Shown piece by piece: positions 48,570 to 61,476 of a stretch of DNA of 64,000 nt; position 1 is the first letter of the stretch, and each line of letters starts with the position of its first letter. Origin of the DNA: Octopus sinensis. Lineage: Eukaryota. Below the pieces are notes generated by a model. It searched no databases. It worked only from the letters and a program-made list of their open reading frames with translations, and was not told where the DNA came from. The DNA lies in assembly GCF_006345805.1 (NCBI RefSeq), contig NC_043000.1:23002001-23066000 (forward strand), read 5' to 3'. A program made the position numbers and the translations under genes.

Positions 48570-51500
48570 GTAAGAAACCACTTTTAAAATTATTACATGG
48601 TATCTAATTAGCACTGGAAGTCATTTCTGAAATAATATTTGCAGCACTGGAATTTTGTAGATAGAACTGTACAAAAGCCTGCCATATGTTTAACTGATAA
48701 CCCTCACAGTTTTATACAAAAGAAATTGTTCTAACCCTTTGTTTGTCCTATGTATCACATGTAATACACAAGGCACATAACCCTGGCAGCCATCATCATC
48801 ATCATATGTCTGCCTTCCATGCTAGCATGGGTGGGATGGTTTCACAAGAGCAATCCAGGCAGAAGCCTGCACCAGAATTCTGTGACTGTTTTTGGCAGGA
48901 TTTTTATAGCTAGATACCCTTCCTAAAACCAACCACTCAGCAGGATGGACTTATTACTTTTTACATGGCACAAGCACAGGCATGGTCAGTTTTGGCAAGG
49001 TTTTTACAGCTGGATGCTCTTCCAAACACCAACCACTTTACAGTGTGGACCAGGTGGTTTTAGGTGGTACCTACTCTGACAGGGTCACCAAGTATTTTGC
49101 AAGACAAAAATTTTTTAAATACATCATATATGATACACATCCTCAATTCATAACAACATTTTACATTACTCAGAACACATGAAAAAAGGGTTGACTAAAA
49201 TTCTGAAAATGAGCATGGACATTTGGGACAAACTTATGAAAATTTGGACAGGTAAAGGGTTAGAAATCTGAAACTAAGCAAGTCATTTGGCGTTATTCTG
49301 TGATAATATAATGGATAACTATATTTCTTTTGTCCTTTACTTGTTTCAGACATTGTTCTGTGGCCATGCTGGGGCACCACCTTAAAGCAAATTTATCCTA
49401 GTACTTATATTTTTCAAGCTTGGTACTTATTATATCAGTTTTTTTTTTCCTGAGCTACTAAGTTATGGGGGTGTAAACACACACACATGCAGACCCATAC
49501 ATACATACAACAGACTTCTTTCAGTGTCTGCCTACCGAATCTACTCACAAGGCTTTGGTTGGCTCACGGCTATAGCAAAAGACACTTCAGTGAGACTGAA
49601 CCTGGAACCATGTGACTGGGAAACAAACTTCTTACCACATTTTCTTAATTTAGATGTTGAGGTCGCCCTGTGGAAAATCTGACACTTTTTCTAATGACTT
49701 GCTACAAGATTACAAGGGAATTAACTCACTGGTCTCTGATCTAAATGGAACAAAACAAGGCATTATTTCAGCCCAAAACAACTCTTTACTCTTTTACTTG
49801 TTTCAGTCATTTGACTGCGGCCATGCTGGAGCACCGCCTTTAGTCGAGCAACTCGACCCCGGGACTTATTCTTTTTGTAAGCCCAGTACTTATTCTATCG
49901 GTCTCTTTTGACGAACCGCTAAGTAACGGGGACATAAACACACCAGCATCGGTTGTCAAGCAATGCTAGGGGGACAAACACAGACACACAAACAAACACA
50001 CATACATATACATATATACGACAGGCTTCTTTCAGTTTCCGTCTACCAAATCCACTCACAAGGCATTGGTCGGCCCGGGGCTATAGCAGGAGACACTTGC
50101 CCAAGATGCCACACAGTGGGACTGAACCCAGAACCATGTGGTTGGTTAGCAAGCTACTTACCACACAGCCACTCCTCACAAATGTTTGCAAGCAATTGAG
50201 AATGAACCCATCATACAAATACACCTTCTGCTCTGCCAACCAGCATTTGTTCACACTTCTTTATTCTATCACTATTAGAATGGTCTCTGCTGAGCTGACT
50301 TCTATAACAGCATACCATCCAAACTGTTGCTGTACCTGCCTCTCCACTTCCCGTAACCGATTCCAAATCTTGTCATGTCATCATCATCTTCATCATCATC
50401 GTTTGACTCCGTTTTCCATGCTGGCATGGGTTGGACTGAGGGCTGGCAAGCCAGGAGGCTGCACCAGGCTCCAGTCTGATCTGGCAATGTTTCCACGCCT
50501 GGATGCCCTTCCTAACGCCAGCCACTCCAAGAGTGTAGTGGGTGCTTTTTATGCTCCACTGACACGGGAGCCAGTCAGGCGGCACAGCTTGATATTAAAC
50601 AGACCGCTTGTTACTTTTAAGAATGCAGCTTCTGGATTTTGCCTGACATCATGACAAGTATCCATATCATGCATACATACGCATGTGCATTACAACCACG
50701 CATATGTGTAAGTATACATGCTTGCATTGATCGTCATATCTGAATTCTTTGCTACCAGATGTACTTTGTAGAATTTTCCAAAATACAAAGTCCAAAGTTA
50801 TATGTAGTCATCATCATCATAACCACTTTTTCATGATTACATGAGTCAGATGGAATTCATTGAGGCAGATTTTCGACATACCCTTCATGTTGCCAACTTT
50901 CACCAGTTATTCTGGTTGAAGTTGGCAACAATATTCTGTTCGTACAGAATACTGGAAATGAATGACATTGCTTGCTTGCCTGTGACAAACACTTACATCT
51001 ATCAAACAATGTCAAAGACAACACAGACACACATCACATATTCACACATACCTCGACCCTGACTCCATCAGTCACAAGTGACCATGGATGCACCTAAAGG
51101 TTCCTCCAGGGTACAAGTCTGGGCAGAAAGTCGCCTCACCAGTGGACGCACAACCTAGGGTTGTTTTTATGGAAGACCAGCAGTCGCCCATACATACCAG
51201 CCTTCCCTCTCCATGCCACCAATGTTATCCAAGGGAAAGGCAAAAGCTGATACAGCTTGGCACCTGTGATGTTGCAACTCATTTCTACAGCTGAGTGAAC
51301 TGGAGCAACGTGAAATAAAGTGTCTTGTTCAAGAACACAATACACAGCTCGGCCTGGGAATCGAACTCACAACCTCATGATCATAACCTCGATGCTCTAA
51401 CCACTGAGCCATGTGTCTTCACACACACATACATATAAATGTGTGTATATATTGATATATAGATGTATACAACAGGCTTATAATCTGTTTCCGTTTACCA

Positions 51501-51845
51501 ATCTGCTCACAATGCTTTGGTGAGCTTGAGGCTATAGTAGAAGAAACTTGCCTAAGGTGCCACACAGTGAGATTGAACCTGAAACCATCTAGTTGGGAAG
51601 CAAACTTCTTACCACACAACCACACCTGTGCCTTCTTTGATAATAGAAATATATATTTTTTTTTGTGTCATCAAGACAGCACTTTTCTTTAAATATATTT
51701 TTTTTTGTCATCAAGACAGCAATTTTCTTCTTTCCTTGATTGTCAACTGACACTATTCTACCACACTATACTTTATTCCACTTTAAACCTTGACCAAGCT
51801 TTGAAAAACCTAATATTTGATAATTGATCTCTTTTATTTGTTCAG

Positions 51846-51992
51846 GTTCCTTGAAGATGGAAGATTAGAGGTGAATTGTACTTATCCTGGCCTTCCAATT
51901 CAGTACAGTATTGATAATGGAGAAACTTGGACCACTCAGTCTAATGAGCCGATTCACATTCCCAGCAACACTAAAGTTTTATTGCAAACCAG
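51846..51992 (+). CDS. GH20 chitobiase-type hexosaminidase, coding exon 6 (C-terminal CHB_HEX_C-like domain)
   Basis: TTCAG acceptor and GTAATC donor. Peptide RFLEDGRLEVNCTYPGLPIQYSIDNGETW. Phase 2-2. Confidence 0.88.
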
Positions 51993-53127
51993 GTAATCTA
52001 TTGGGTTCTTTATTACCTCCACCTTCGTTAAGGTAGAGGTATTGTTTTCAGTCCTGTTTGTTTGTTTGTGAACAAGATATCTCAAGAACCACTGGATGGA
52101 TTCGGATGAAAATTTCAGGGCTGTTTGACCTCATGACTGGCACGAACTGATTAGATTTTGGGATTGATCCAGTGTCAGACAAGGATTCTGGATTAATTTT
52201 CCAATTTTGTTTTACTTAATTTGTTAGAGCAATTGGGTTTATATTAGATATTCTCATTTTAAAAATCATCTCCAACTTATCATTGAGAAGACGTTGGTGT
52301 TGCTTTGGTAGAGGTTTGTGCTCTCTGAGTACTCCTCCTCCTCTTCTTCTTCTTCGTCCTCGTAGTAGTAGTAGTACTAGTAGTAGTAGTAGTAGCAGCA
52401 GCAGCAGCAAACTAGCTAGCTAGCTTGCAGAATCATTAGCATGTCAGACAAAATGGTTAGTGGCATTTCTTTAAACTCCTTACATTCTAGGTTCAAATAC
52501 CACTGAGGTTAGCTTTGCCTTTCATCCTTCTGGGATCAATAAAATAAGTACCAGGTGAGCGCAAGTGCTAGTATAATAGCCTATCTCCTTCCCCTAAAGA
52601 TGCCGGCTTTGTGCCAAAATTTGAAGCCATCATTATGATTTGGGATATGAAGATATGTAGCCATTTGGAATTGGTGACTTGTTCATGTGCTATGCCTACA
52701 GGCATCAGTGATCATGGATCAAAGTTTAAAGGTTTATAAATTTTCTTGGGATAGATACAGTAGTGGTATATTTACTGTTTACTCTGCTAGTTTCCTGCTT
52801 CTCCAAACTTATCCTTGAGGTACAGGGCCTGTTTAAGCCTTAAGCAGGGATAATGGTCCACATGACATCTGAGTATGGTCTGCACACAAGTGGGTCTGTG
52901 ATATATCTAGGAGCCAGACATCCTTCAAATCCTTACTAAAACGTAATTCACATAGGCACAGGAATGGCTGTGTGGTAAGTAGCTTGCTTATCAACCACAT
53001 GGTTCCAGGTTCATTCCCACAGTGTGGCACCTTGGGCAAGTGTCTTCTACTATAGCCTTGGGCTGACCAAAGCCTTGTGAGTGGATTTGGTAGACGGAAA
53101 CTGAAAGAAGCCCATCGTATATATGTA

Positions 53128-53159
<32 letters not shown>

Positions 53160-54802
53160 ATATGTTTGTGTGTCTGTGTTTGTCCTCCCAACATCACTTG
53201 ACAACCAATGCTGGTGTGTTTATGTCCCCGTAACTTAGCGGTTCGGCAAAAGAGACTGATAGAATAAGTACCAGGCTTCCAAAAAAATAAGTCCTGGGGT
53301 CGATTTGCTCGACTAAAGCTGGTGCTCCAGCATGGCCGCAGTCAAATGACTGCAACAAGTAAAAGAGAATATTCATATTATACATGAAAACACTTGCCCA
53401 CATATGTTTGCTATCCATACCATACTCATAGTCCCCTCTCTCTCTCTCCATGGATACATCCTTGTATATAAACATAAAATGACACACACTCTTAAATAAT
53501 TGATATAGTCACTGGGATTTGATGTAGCTAGTGTTGCGCTATATTGGTAAAAAATTTTTACTGTATGAGATGAACACTGAAATATCATAATGTCCTTTAA
53601 AAATGGGAGATACCTATGCTCCAAACTGAGCCCTTTATGAGGTATTCTTTGCCATGACACAGTAATTTTTTTCATTGAGTCAGACAGTTTCATAAAAGCT
53701 GAATGTTTCCTTGGTTTTGTTTCATTGTGCTGTGATTCGTTCTCCAGTCAGAAATATCTTCCCTTTGACTCCGTTTCATAATGTGCATTTTAAATGACGT
53801 TATTATGTTAACACTAGTAGTATTCTTTTGAAACTTGTAACATGTAAATTCAATTCTGTCATATTTATATATAACGACATGACAACATATAAGTGTTAAT
53901 TAGTATTTTTGTTTCACGGTTGAGTGCTTTTCCTACTGCTAAATGTTCTGCTCTGTTTAATATAACACTACTTAAGCCAGGTTATCATAATGCAAAATGA
54001 TTCATTAACAGTGTAAAGTTTGTGTAGAAGCATAATAGCTTGCTTCCTCTCTAGTTTAAGTAACCTCCTGTCTTTAGTGTTGGAAAATTGCTTTGAAATT
54101 TTGGATTTAAAGCACATAGCCCCATTTTAAGGACATGAGGCTATTTGTGGGAGAAGATTTGGTGACTGTGTTAAGTTGTAGGGTCTTCTTTAGCATAGTT
54201 ATACACTGGGTTTTAGCAGTAGCTGTTTTGATGATGATGATAGCTATGTTGGTTGACAGTTTTTTTTTTTTGTTTTGTTTTCTCTGTGAGTACATGAGAC
54301 AATCAGCATCTTTTTCCTCTCATGCAAATAGGGCAGTTAAATTTGCTTAACTTTTTATAATATCAGAATATCTCTTAATAATTATTGGTATTTGGTGAGA
54401 AAAGAGACAGGAGTTGCAACTTTTTTTTTTTTTTTTTTTGGTAGTATTAGTGACAGAATGAACTTATTGTATATAGTGCTCAGGTTAGAAAAAGTAACCA
54501 AAAATGTATGAACAGTGCTGAGAATAATGCACAGGAAATGAACAGTGAATGAGTTGATTAAAAAAAAAGTAGGTGGTGACATCAGGTGTACTGTTGGCAA
54601 ATTTCAGGAACATAGAGGTTTTGAAGGCTGTAGCATCCTGACAGCTAACAACTGATGCAGGTAGTTTATTCCATGCTTCAGCAATTCCAAATGTGAAAAA
54701 ATGTTTCCAAAATTTGTGGATGCTGTTTTGTTTTTGATTTTTGTAAGCATGTCCATGGGTGTTAGACATATAGAATTCAAAAAGGTACCTAAGGTTATTG
54801 TT

Positions 54803-55168
54803 TGTTTGTGTATTGAGTGAAGCGGTCTTCGTCCCAGATTTTTGTAGTGGGAGAAGTCCGAAACGAGGTCCTTTGCTATTCGTAAGACCCACAGAAGAGA
54901 AAGCAGGTCAACCCCTGACATCAAGAGCATCGACAGATGGATGAATGCGCATCCAGAATTAGCGGTTGCGTAGGAAGTCGAGGACAAGAAACACGAAGAA
55001 AGAATGAGAGAAAGTTGGAGCGAAAGAGTACAACAGGGGTCACCACCACCCCCTGCTGAAGCCTCGTGGAGCTTTAGGTGTTTTCGCTCAATAAACACAC
55101 ACAATGCCCGGTCTGGGAATCGAAACCGCGAGTCCGCTGCCCTAACCACTGGGCCATTGCGCCTCCAC
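54803..55168 (-). mobile_element. tRNA-derived SINE sharing the family E head but with a different tail
   Basis: About 190 bp match to the 25161 copy, then unrelated sequence. Imperfect TSD TAAGGT..TTGTT. Inserted into a CR1 fragment. Confidence 0.75.
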
Positions 55169-55419
55169 TAAGGTAGTTGTTGGAAAGATGGTGGATAATC
55201 TTGTGAATAACAAATCAAAACTGACTTGGAAACTCAACAGAAACTCACCTTCTGTTCTGTGGTACATGCTAAGAAAGGACCCACAGCTGTCTCAGAAGAG
55301 CATGAAATTGACTGGGAAGTTTGGTAACTGTTAAAATTTAATTTGAAAGCAATTTTTACACTCATTTACCAAACTGATACAAACTGCAGAAAACTAACTC
55401 CAAGATGAGGAAAGGAGAG

Positions 55420-55770
55420 CACCTTTTCAAACTCCACCTGTCTAACACCTGTGGACATATTTACAAAGTCAGAAAACAGCACAGCTCCCATGACTTTCAG
55501 AAACATCTTTTCACGCTAAGAGTTGCTGAAGCATGGAACTAACTGCCGGCATCAGTTGTTAGTTGTCGGAGCACTGCATCCTTCAAAACTTCCATGCTTC
55601 CTGAGATTCGCCAACACTACACCTGATTTTCTCCCCTCCATACACACGCAAGCATGTATCTGACTCATACTCTGTTCACTTCCCAGACATTTGTACATTA
55701 CTGCATATGCTTTATATGCACTTTTGACAAGTTGTGGTGCACCTGAGCACTGTATACAATAATTTCATTA
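55420..55770 (+). mobile_element. CR1-type LINE 3' end, inverted relative to the 54540-54800 copy
   Basis: Near reverse complement of 38300-38650. Confidence 0.75.
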
Positions 55771-55868
55771 TCATTATTATTATTATTTTTAAAATTAGGA
55801 AACGTTTATTATGATGACTCATATAACATCTTTTGTTGTTGATTTAAATATTCTAACTTCTTTTTCAG

Positions 55869-55929
55869 CTCTACTGACAGGCACCGGTCCAGCAGACAGA
55901 TTGAATTGCTAAGTCCAAATATAAGTTAA
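55869..55929 (+). CDS. GH20 chitobiase-type hexosaminidase, last coding exon (SSTDRHRSSRQIELLSPNIS-stop)
   Basis: T-rich CAG acceptor in matching phase 2 and TAA at 55927-55929. The seven exons total 2583 nt = 860 aa plus stop. Confidence 0.8.
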
Positions 55930-56050
55930 TAAGTCTTTAAACTTTTCTCTCAGCTTTCTCCTGCCACTCACTGCAATGACTGTATTTTTTATAGCTCAAT
56001 TTCTGCCAATGCATTCTTGAAATATTCTTGTATTTGGATATCTTTATAAA

Positions 56051-56056
56051 AATAAA
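56051..56056 (+). terminator. Candidate polyadenylation signal of the GH20 gene
   Basis: AATAAA about 120 nt after the stop codon, followed by T/G-rich sequence. Confidence 0.45.
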
Positions 56057-56182
56057 GAACTGACATTATCATGTCTTTAAACGTATTTAATTGTTTACTT
56101 TGTTATTTGAGAGCAAAAGGGTGATGGAATGATAGAAATAATAATGCATTACACAGTATTAGAATCTTGAAATTCTGAGACC

Positions 56183-56620
56183 CCCTTCGGTCACGACACT
56201 GACCATGGGATTGCACCTAGAAAGTTACCCTCCCAGGCACAAGTCTGGGCAAGGTTGTTTATGGAAGACCAGCAGTCGCCCATGCATACCAACCTCCCCT
56301 CTCCACACCACCAATATTATCCAAGGGAAAGGCAAAGGCGGATACAGCTTGGCACCTGTGACGTCGCAACTCATTTCTACAGTTTGAAAAAGTAGTTAAG
56401 TGAGAATTGCATACAAATGGGTGGCAAAAGGAGTGACAAGTTTGTTGGATGAGCTAGAGATCAACTAGGGCCATGAAATGGAGACCACTGTAATAGCAGA
56501 GGAAGAACTGGAGCAACGTGAAATAAAGTGTCTTGCTCAAGAACACAACACAGCCCGGTCCGGGATTCGAGCTCACAACCTCACGATCATCAGCTCAACA
56601 CTCTAACCACTGAGCCATGC
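56183..56620 (-). mobile_element. SINE family D (tRNA-like head on minus strand), copy with a 124-bp internal insertion
   Basis: Other copies at 37097-37390 and 51085-51420. A related element lies at 42440-42690. Confidence 0.8.
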
Positions 56621-56965
56621 AAAGACTGGTAACTGCTCAAAGAGCCATGGAAAGGTCAATGCTTGGTATCTCGTTGAGAGAGCACATAAGTAGCAAGATC
56701 ATCAGAAAGAAGTCCGGCGTGAGAGATGTCATTGCACAGTATACACGCAGCAAGTATAGATGGGCTGGACACGTCACCCGGCTCACCGATAATCGGTGGA
56801 CGCACGCAGTTGTCGAGTGGTACCCGTGTGAGCGGAAAAGACCTCCACGGTGGAATTACGATTTCAGGAGGACGATTGGGATCACGTGGATGAGAAAGGC
56901 GCGATCCAGAGAGGAGTGGACAGCGGTGTCAAATGGACATCTGACGGACTGGTCGGTCAAAGTGA
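56617..56965 (+). mobile_element. RTE-like LINE ORF2 3' fragment
   Basis: AQRAMERSMLGISL...YRWAGHV.R..DNRWT...W.P...RPP (ORF 56617). Confidence 0.75.
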
Positions 56966-58583
56966 TGAAAGTGATATATATCTCTATATATATATATATG
57001 GCATTAGGAAGGGCATCCAGCTGTAGAAACACTGCCAGATTAGACTGGGCCTTGTGCAGCCTCCTGGCTTCCCAGACCTCAGTCGAACCATCCAACCCAT
57101 GCTAGCATGGAAAGCGGACGTTAAACGATGATGATGATGAATGATATATATATATATATACCAAGGGAAAAGGAATACAGACAAAGTAACTAAATATTTC
57201 AAGAACCTTGAAATATTTAGTTACGTTTAAGCAGAATATTTTAGTTTCAAATCTCAGGGTTCAACACTGTCTTTCATCTTTCTGATGAGGTGAGAAGAGA
57301 GGTAAATGGAATAAGTACCAATCATATATTGATCCAAAGACCCACCTGCTTCCTGCCTTTGCACATTTTTGGTCTTATCATCAGCATTATCATCATCATC
57401 ACTTTAATGTCTATCTTTCCATGCTTGTATGGGCAAGATGGAATTCATTTAGGCATGTTTTTTCTATGGCCTGATGCCCTTCCTGTTGCCATCCCAGATA
57501 TAGATACAAGACTGCTTTTTTTACAAAGAACATGCAACATATGAAGACATGTCAAGAAGTCTGGATTTGCTTTCATGGTTGACTGCAAGCATACAACAGC
57601 GCCTGTTTTCAATAGTGAGGCTGTTGTAGTTTTTGTTTACAGTCAACACATGTAAGACAAGGAGAAAATATGAATCACAAACATGCACACATACATACAT
57701 ACACACAGGAGTGGCTGTGTAGTAAGTAGCTTGTCTACCAACCACATGGTTCCGGGTTCAGTCCCACTGCGTGGCACCTTGGGCAAGTGTCTTCTACTAT
57801 AGCCTCGGGTCGACCAAAGCCTTGTGAGTGGATTTGGTAGACGGAAACTGAAAGAAGCCCGTCGTATATATGTATATATATATATGCGTTTGTGTGTCTG
57901 TGTTTGTCCCCTAGCATTGCTTGACAACCGATGCTGGTGTGTTTATGTCCCCGTTACCTAGCGGTTCGGCAAAAGAGACCGATAGAATAAGTACTGGGCT
58001 TACAAAAGAATAAGTCCTGCGGTCGAGTTGCTTGATTAAAGGTGGTGCTCCAGCATGGCCGCAGTCTGAAACAAGTAAATGAGTATATATTCTTTGAATA
58101 TTTTTTATATAATAGCATGGAAAACGGACGCTAAATGATGATGATGATGATGATCTATTTGCCTCTTTCTCTTTCTTCGCCTCTCTTTTGCCTTACTCCC
58201 ACTCTCTTTCTCCCCACCCCCCACCCAATACTTCTTCCTTCGTGCTGTCTTTCTGTCTGTCCTTCTCTAGTCTCCACTCCTACAGGACATTTCCATTTTC
58301 CTTTGCATTGCCCCTTGTCTGTCTGCCTTGCAGCTGCATGGCTTTTTAGTTGTATATGTGTGTTTTATTTTGTCATGTTTCTTTTCATCATTGTCCTCTA
58401 CATTCATTAGTTATTCCCAGTGGCTTTTCGCCACTGGCGCCACCAAAAGTGAAACAATATCAACGTTTGAGGCACGAAATTGTAATGATCTTTTGGACTG
58501 TGACTGATGAGAAATAAGCTACGAATTTTCCGTTTGTTGTATTTTTGTTAAATTTGTGATATATATCCACACACATTTATAGA

Positions 58584-58701
58584 TGGATTGATTGATTGAT
58601 TGGTTGGTTGGTTGGTTGGTTGGTTGGTTGGTTGGTTGGTTGGTTGGTTGGTTGGTTGGTTGGTTGGTTGGTTGGTTGGTTGGGTGGGTGGGTGGGTGGG
58701 T
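58584..58701. repeat. Graded microsatellite (GATT)n-(GGTT)n-(GGGT)n
   Basis: Read directly. Confidence 0.95.
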
Positions 58702-59499
58702 GTCAGCATCATTATCAACATCTGTTTTATTTTATATGTATGTGTGTGTATATATATATATATGTGTGTGTGTGTGTATATATACACAACAGGTTTCTCC
58801 AGTTTCTGTCTACCAATTTCATTCACAAGGTACTGATTGACTTGCAGCTGCTGTATAGAATGTTAGCCTACAATGTTCACACAGTGGGGAACTGAACCTT
58901 GAACCTCGTGGTTGGGAAGCAATGTCTGAAAAATCATTCTTCCAACAGAATCTTTTTGTTCATTTTAACTGGATGGCTATTCATTTATTGTTTAGCTCTA
59001 GATCAGCCCTGATCAATCAACTCCATGATTTAAAGACATTTCTCTGTCCAATATGTTTGTTTAACGTCCGTTTTCCATGCTGGCATGGGTTGGACGGTTT
59101 GACTTGGGACTGGCAAGCCAGGAGAGCACGCCAGGCTCCAATCTGATCTGGCAGTGTTTCTATAGCTTGATGCCCTTCCTAACACCAACCACTCCGAGAG
59201 TGTAGTGGGTGCTTTTTACGTGCCACCAACATGGGAGCCAGTCAAGTGGCACTGGCAACAACCACGCTCGAATGGTGCTTTTTACATGGTACTGGCACAA
59301 GAGCCAGCCAGTGCAGGGAGGCTGGCATCAACCATGTTCAGATGGTGCTTTTTATGTGCCACTGGCACGGGGAACCAGTCAGGTGGTACTGGCAATGATC
59401 CACCCATCCTTTCCTTTCTTAAAATGGCAAGATATGATTTGAGGGAAATTTAACTGTTGTTTTCTAGTAATTTGAGAGACCATGGTGTCTCCCTAATTG

Positions 59500-59780
59500 G
59501 CATATAAATTATGCAGTGAAATTGCTTAATATTTTATTAGCAAGATCGATGTGGCTGATGTACTTCTTGAACAAATGTAAGTTGATGACTGTAGAGAAAA
59601 CAGAGGCAGGAAAGGATTTCCAGAGGGATGGTACTCTGTGGAGGATGGACTTGAAAAAGTGGTTAAGTGAGAATTGCATACAAATGGGTGGCAAAAGGAG
59701 TGACAAGTTTGTTGGATGAGCTAGAGATCAACTAGGGCCATGAAATGGAGACCACTGTAATAGCAGAGGAAGAATGAAGT
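59500..59780 (-). mobile_element. CR1/L2-type LINE 3' fragment
   Basis: RVPSLWKSFPASVF...NLHLFK ORF2 C-terminal signature (ORF 59509-59706). Confidence 0.6.
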
Positions 59781-60063
59781 GACAATCCAACTGTACTTAT
59801 TCTATCGGTCTCTTTTGTCGAACTGCTAAGTTACGGGGACGTAAACACACCATCGGTTGTCAAGCGATGCTGGGGGGACAAACACAGACACACAGACATA
59901 TATATACGACAGGCTTCTTTCAGCTTCCGTCTACCAAACCCACTCACAAGGCTTTGGTTGTCCTGAGGCTATAGTAGAAGACACTTGCCCAAGGTGTCAC
60001 GCACTGGGACTGAACCCGGAACCATGTGGTTGGCAAGCAAGCTACTTACCACACAGCCACTCT

Positions 60064-60103
<40 letters not shown>

Positions 60104-60108
<5 letters not shown>

Positions 60109-60510
60109 GGAGGATAGTCAAAAATTATACACACTCTTGTTCTTTCAATGTATTTACACAAAAGCACAGGATAAACAAGTACGTCATTGTTCTATATAGT
60201 CTCCTTCCTTTTCAATGCACTTGGTCCAGCAGTCCACAAGTTGGCATATTCCCTCTAAGAAGAAAGTTTTCAGCTGGTCATGCAACCATTTATGCACTGC
60301 TTCCTTCACATCTTCATTCATAGGAAATCGACGACCGCATTAGACATCTTTGAGCAGTTCAAAGATATGATAGTTGGAAGGAGTGAGATCTGGGCTATAG
60401 GCAGGGTATTCCAGCACCTCAAAACCCAATTGGTTAATGGTTCCAACGGTCTGGGCATGCATTGTCATGCAACATCAAAACTTTCTTTGATAACAGGCTT
60501 TGGTGTTTGG
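60104..60510 (-). mobile_element. Mariner transposase C-terminal fragment with TIR
   Basis: The minus strand reads QLGFEVLEYPAYSPDLTPSNYHIF (YSPDL motif). A TA-TACGGAGG-type TIR lies at about 60104. Confidence 0.75.
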
Positions 60511-60807
60511 TGCAACACAGTAGCAGTCACAGGACATAAACAGACATGACCGAATGACTAACAAACACACATACACAAAACATGCCTGGTTCTACCTCAT
60601 CACATCGACACAATATTTCCCCTGTTTATTTTCTTCTTCGTCAACTCAAATGTCATGTAATGAATTTTTTGGTGTATACAACAAGTAAATGTTGATTAAA
60701 TAAATTATTTAAACCACAATCCGATGTGTTCCCATTGTTTTACTTTGATGTCGTCCACATGCCTATCTCATCTGCTACCTCAACGACATCTTTTGCTACA
60801 CCTTTCC

Positions 60808-60861
<54 letters not shown>

Positions 60862-61442
60862 GTATATATATTCAAATATGAGTTAAATTGTTATATTGTT
60901 CAAGGTGCAGGAGTGACTGTGTGGTTCGGCAAAAAGAGACTGATAGAATAAGTACTAGGCTTACAAAGAATAAGTCCTGGGGTCGATTGGCTCGACTAAA
61001 GGCGGTGCTCCAGCACGGCCACAGTCAAACGACTGAAACAAGTAAAAGAGAGTAAAGAGAGAGAGAGAGAGAGAGTATATATGTATTTTTCTATAATAAT
61101 ACTCTTGTATCTTTCTCCGTCACAACATATGAATGAGGAAGGAAGGGGTGATGGCAAACTTGGTAGTGGGATGATGGAATTTCTACGGTGAAAAAGAAAT
61201 GAAACAACGTTTCAACTCTGCGTGAATTTATGTGTGTGTATGTAAAAAGAAATCATGTGAATGATTGTGTGTGTGTGGGCAATGGAAGTGAGGTGGTGAA
61301 CATTCAACGCTGAAAAGAAAAATCAAACAGCATTTCAACTCTGTGTGAGTATATGTGTATACGTGTACAAAGGAAGTATGTGAATGTTTGTATCTGTGAT
61401 TATAATGTACCTTATTCATATATATATATATAATACTACAAT

Positions 61443-61476
61443 TAGCCGTCATTTTGACGGCACGGGGTCAGCTAAT
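61443..61476 (+). mobile_element. Possible Helitron 3' end remnant
   Basis: Hairpin GCCGTCA-TTT-TGACGGC followed by ...CAGCTAAT (CTAG-like). Confidence 0.3.

Noticed and set aside
49953-50654. 233-aa ORF in a GH20 intron
   Set aside because: It is a chance read-through of a SINE-A copy, unique DNA and a family C repeat. Similar peptides recur wherever these repeats occur.
58548-58895. ORFs with WLVG/TNQP repeats
   Set aside because: They are translations of the (GGTT)n microsatellite.
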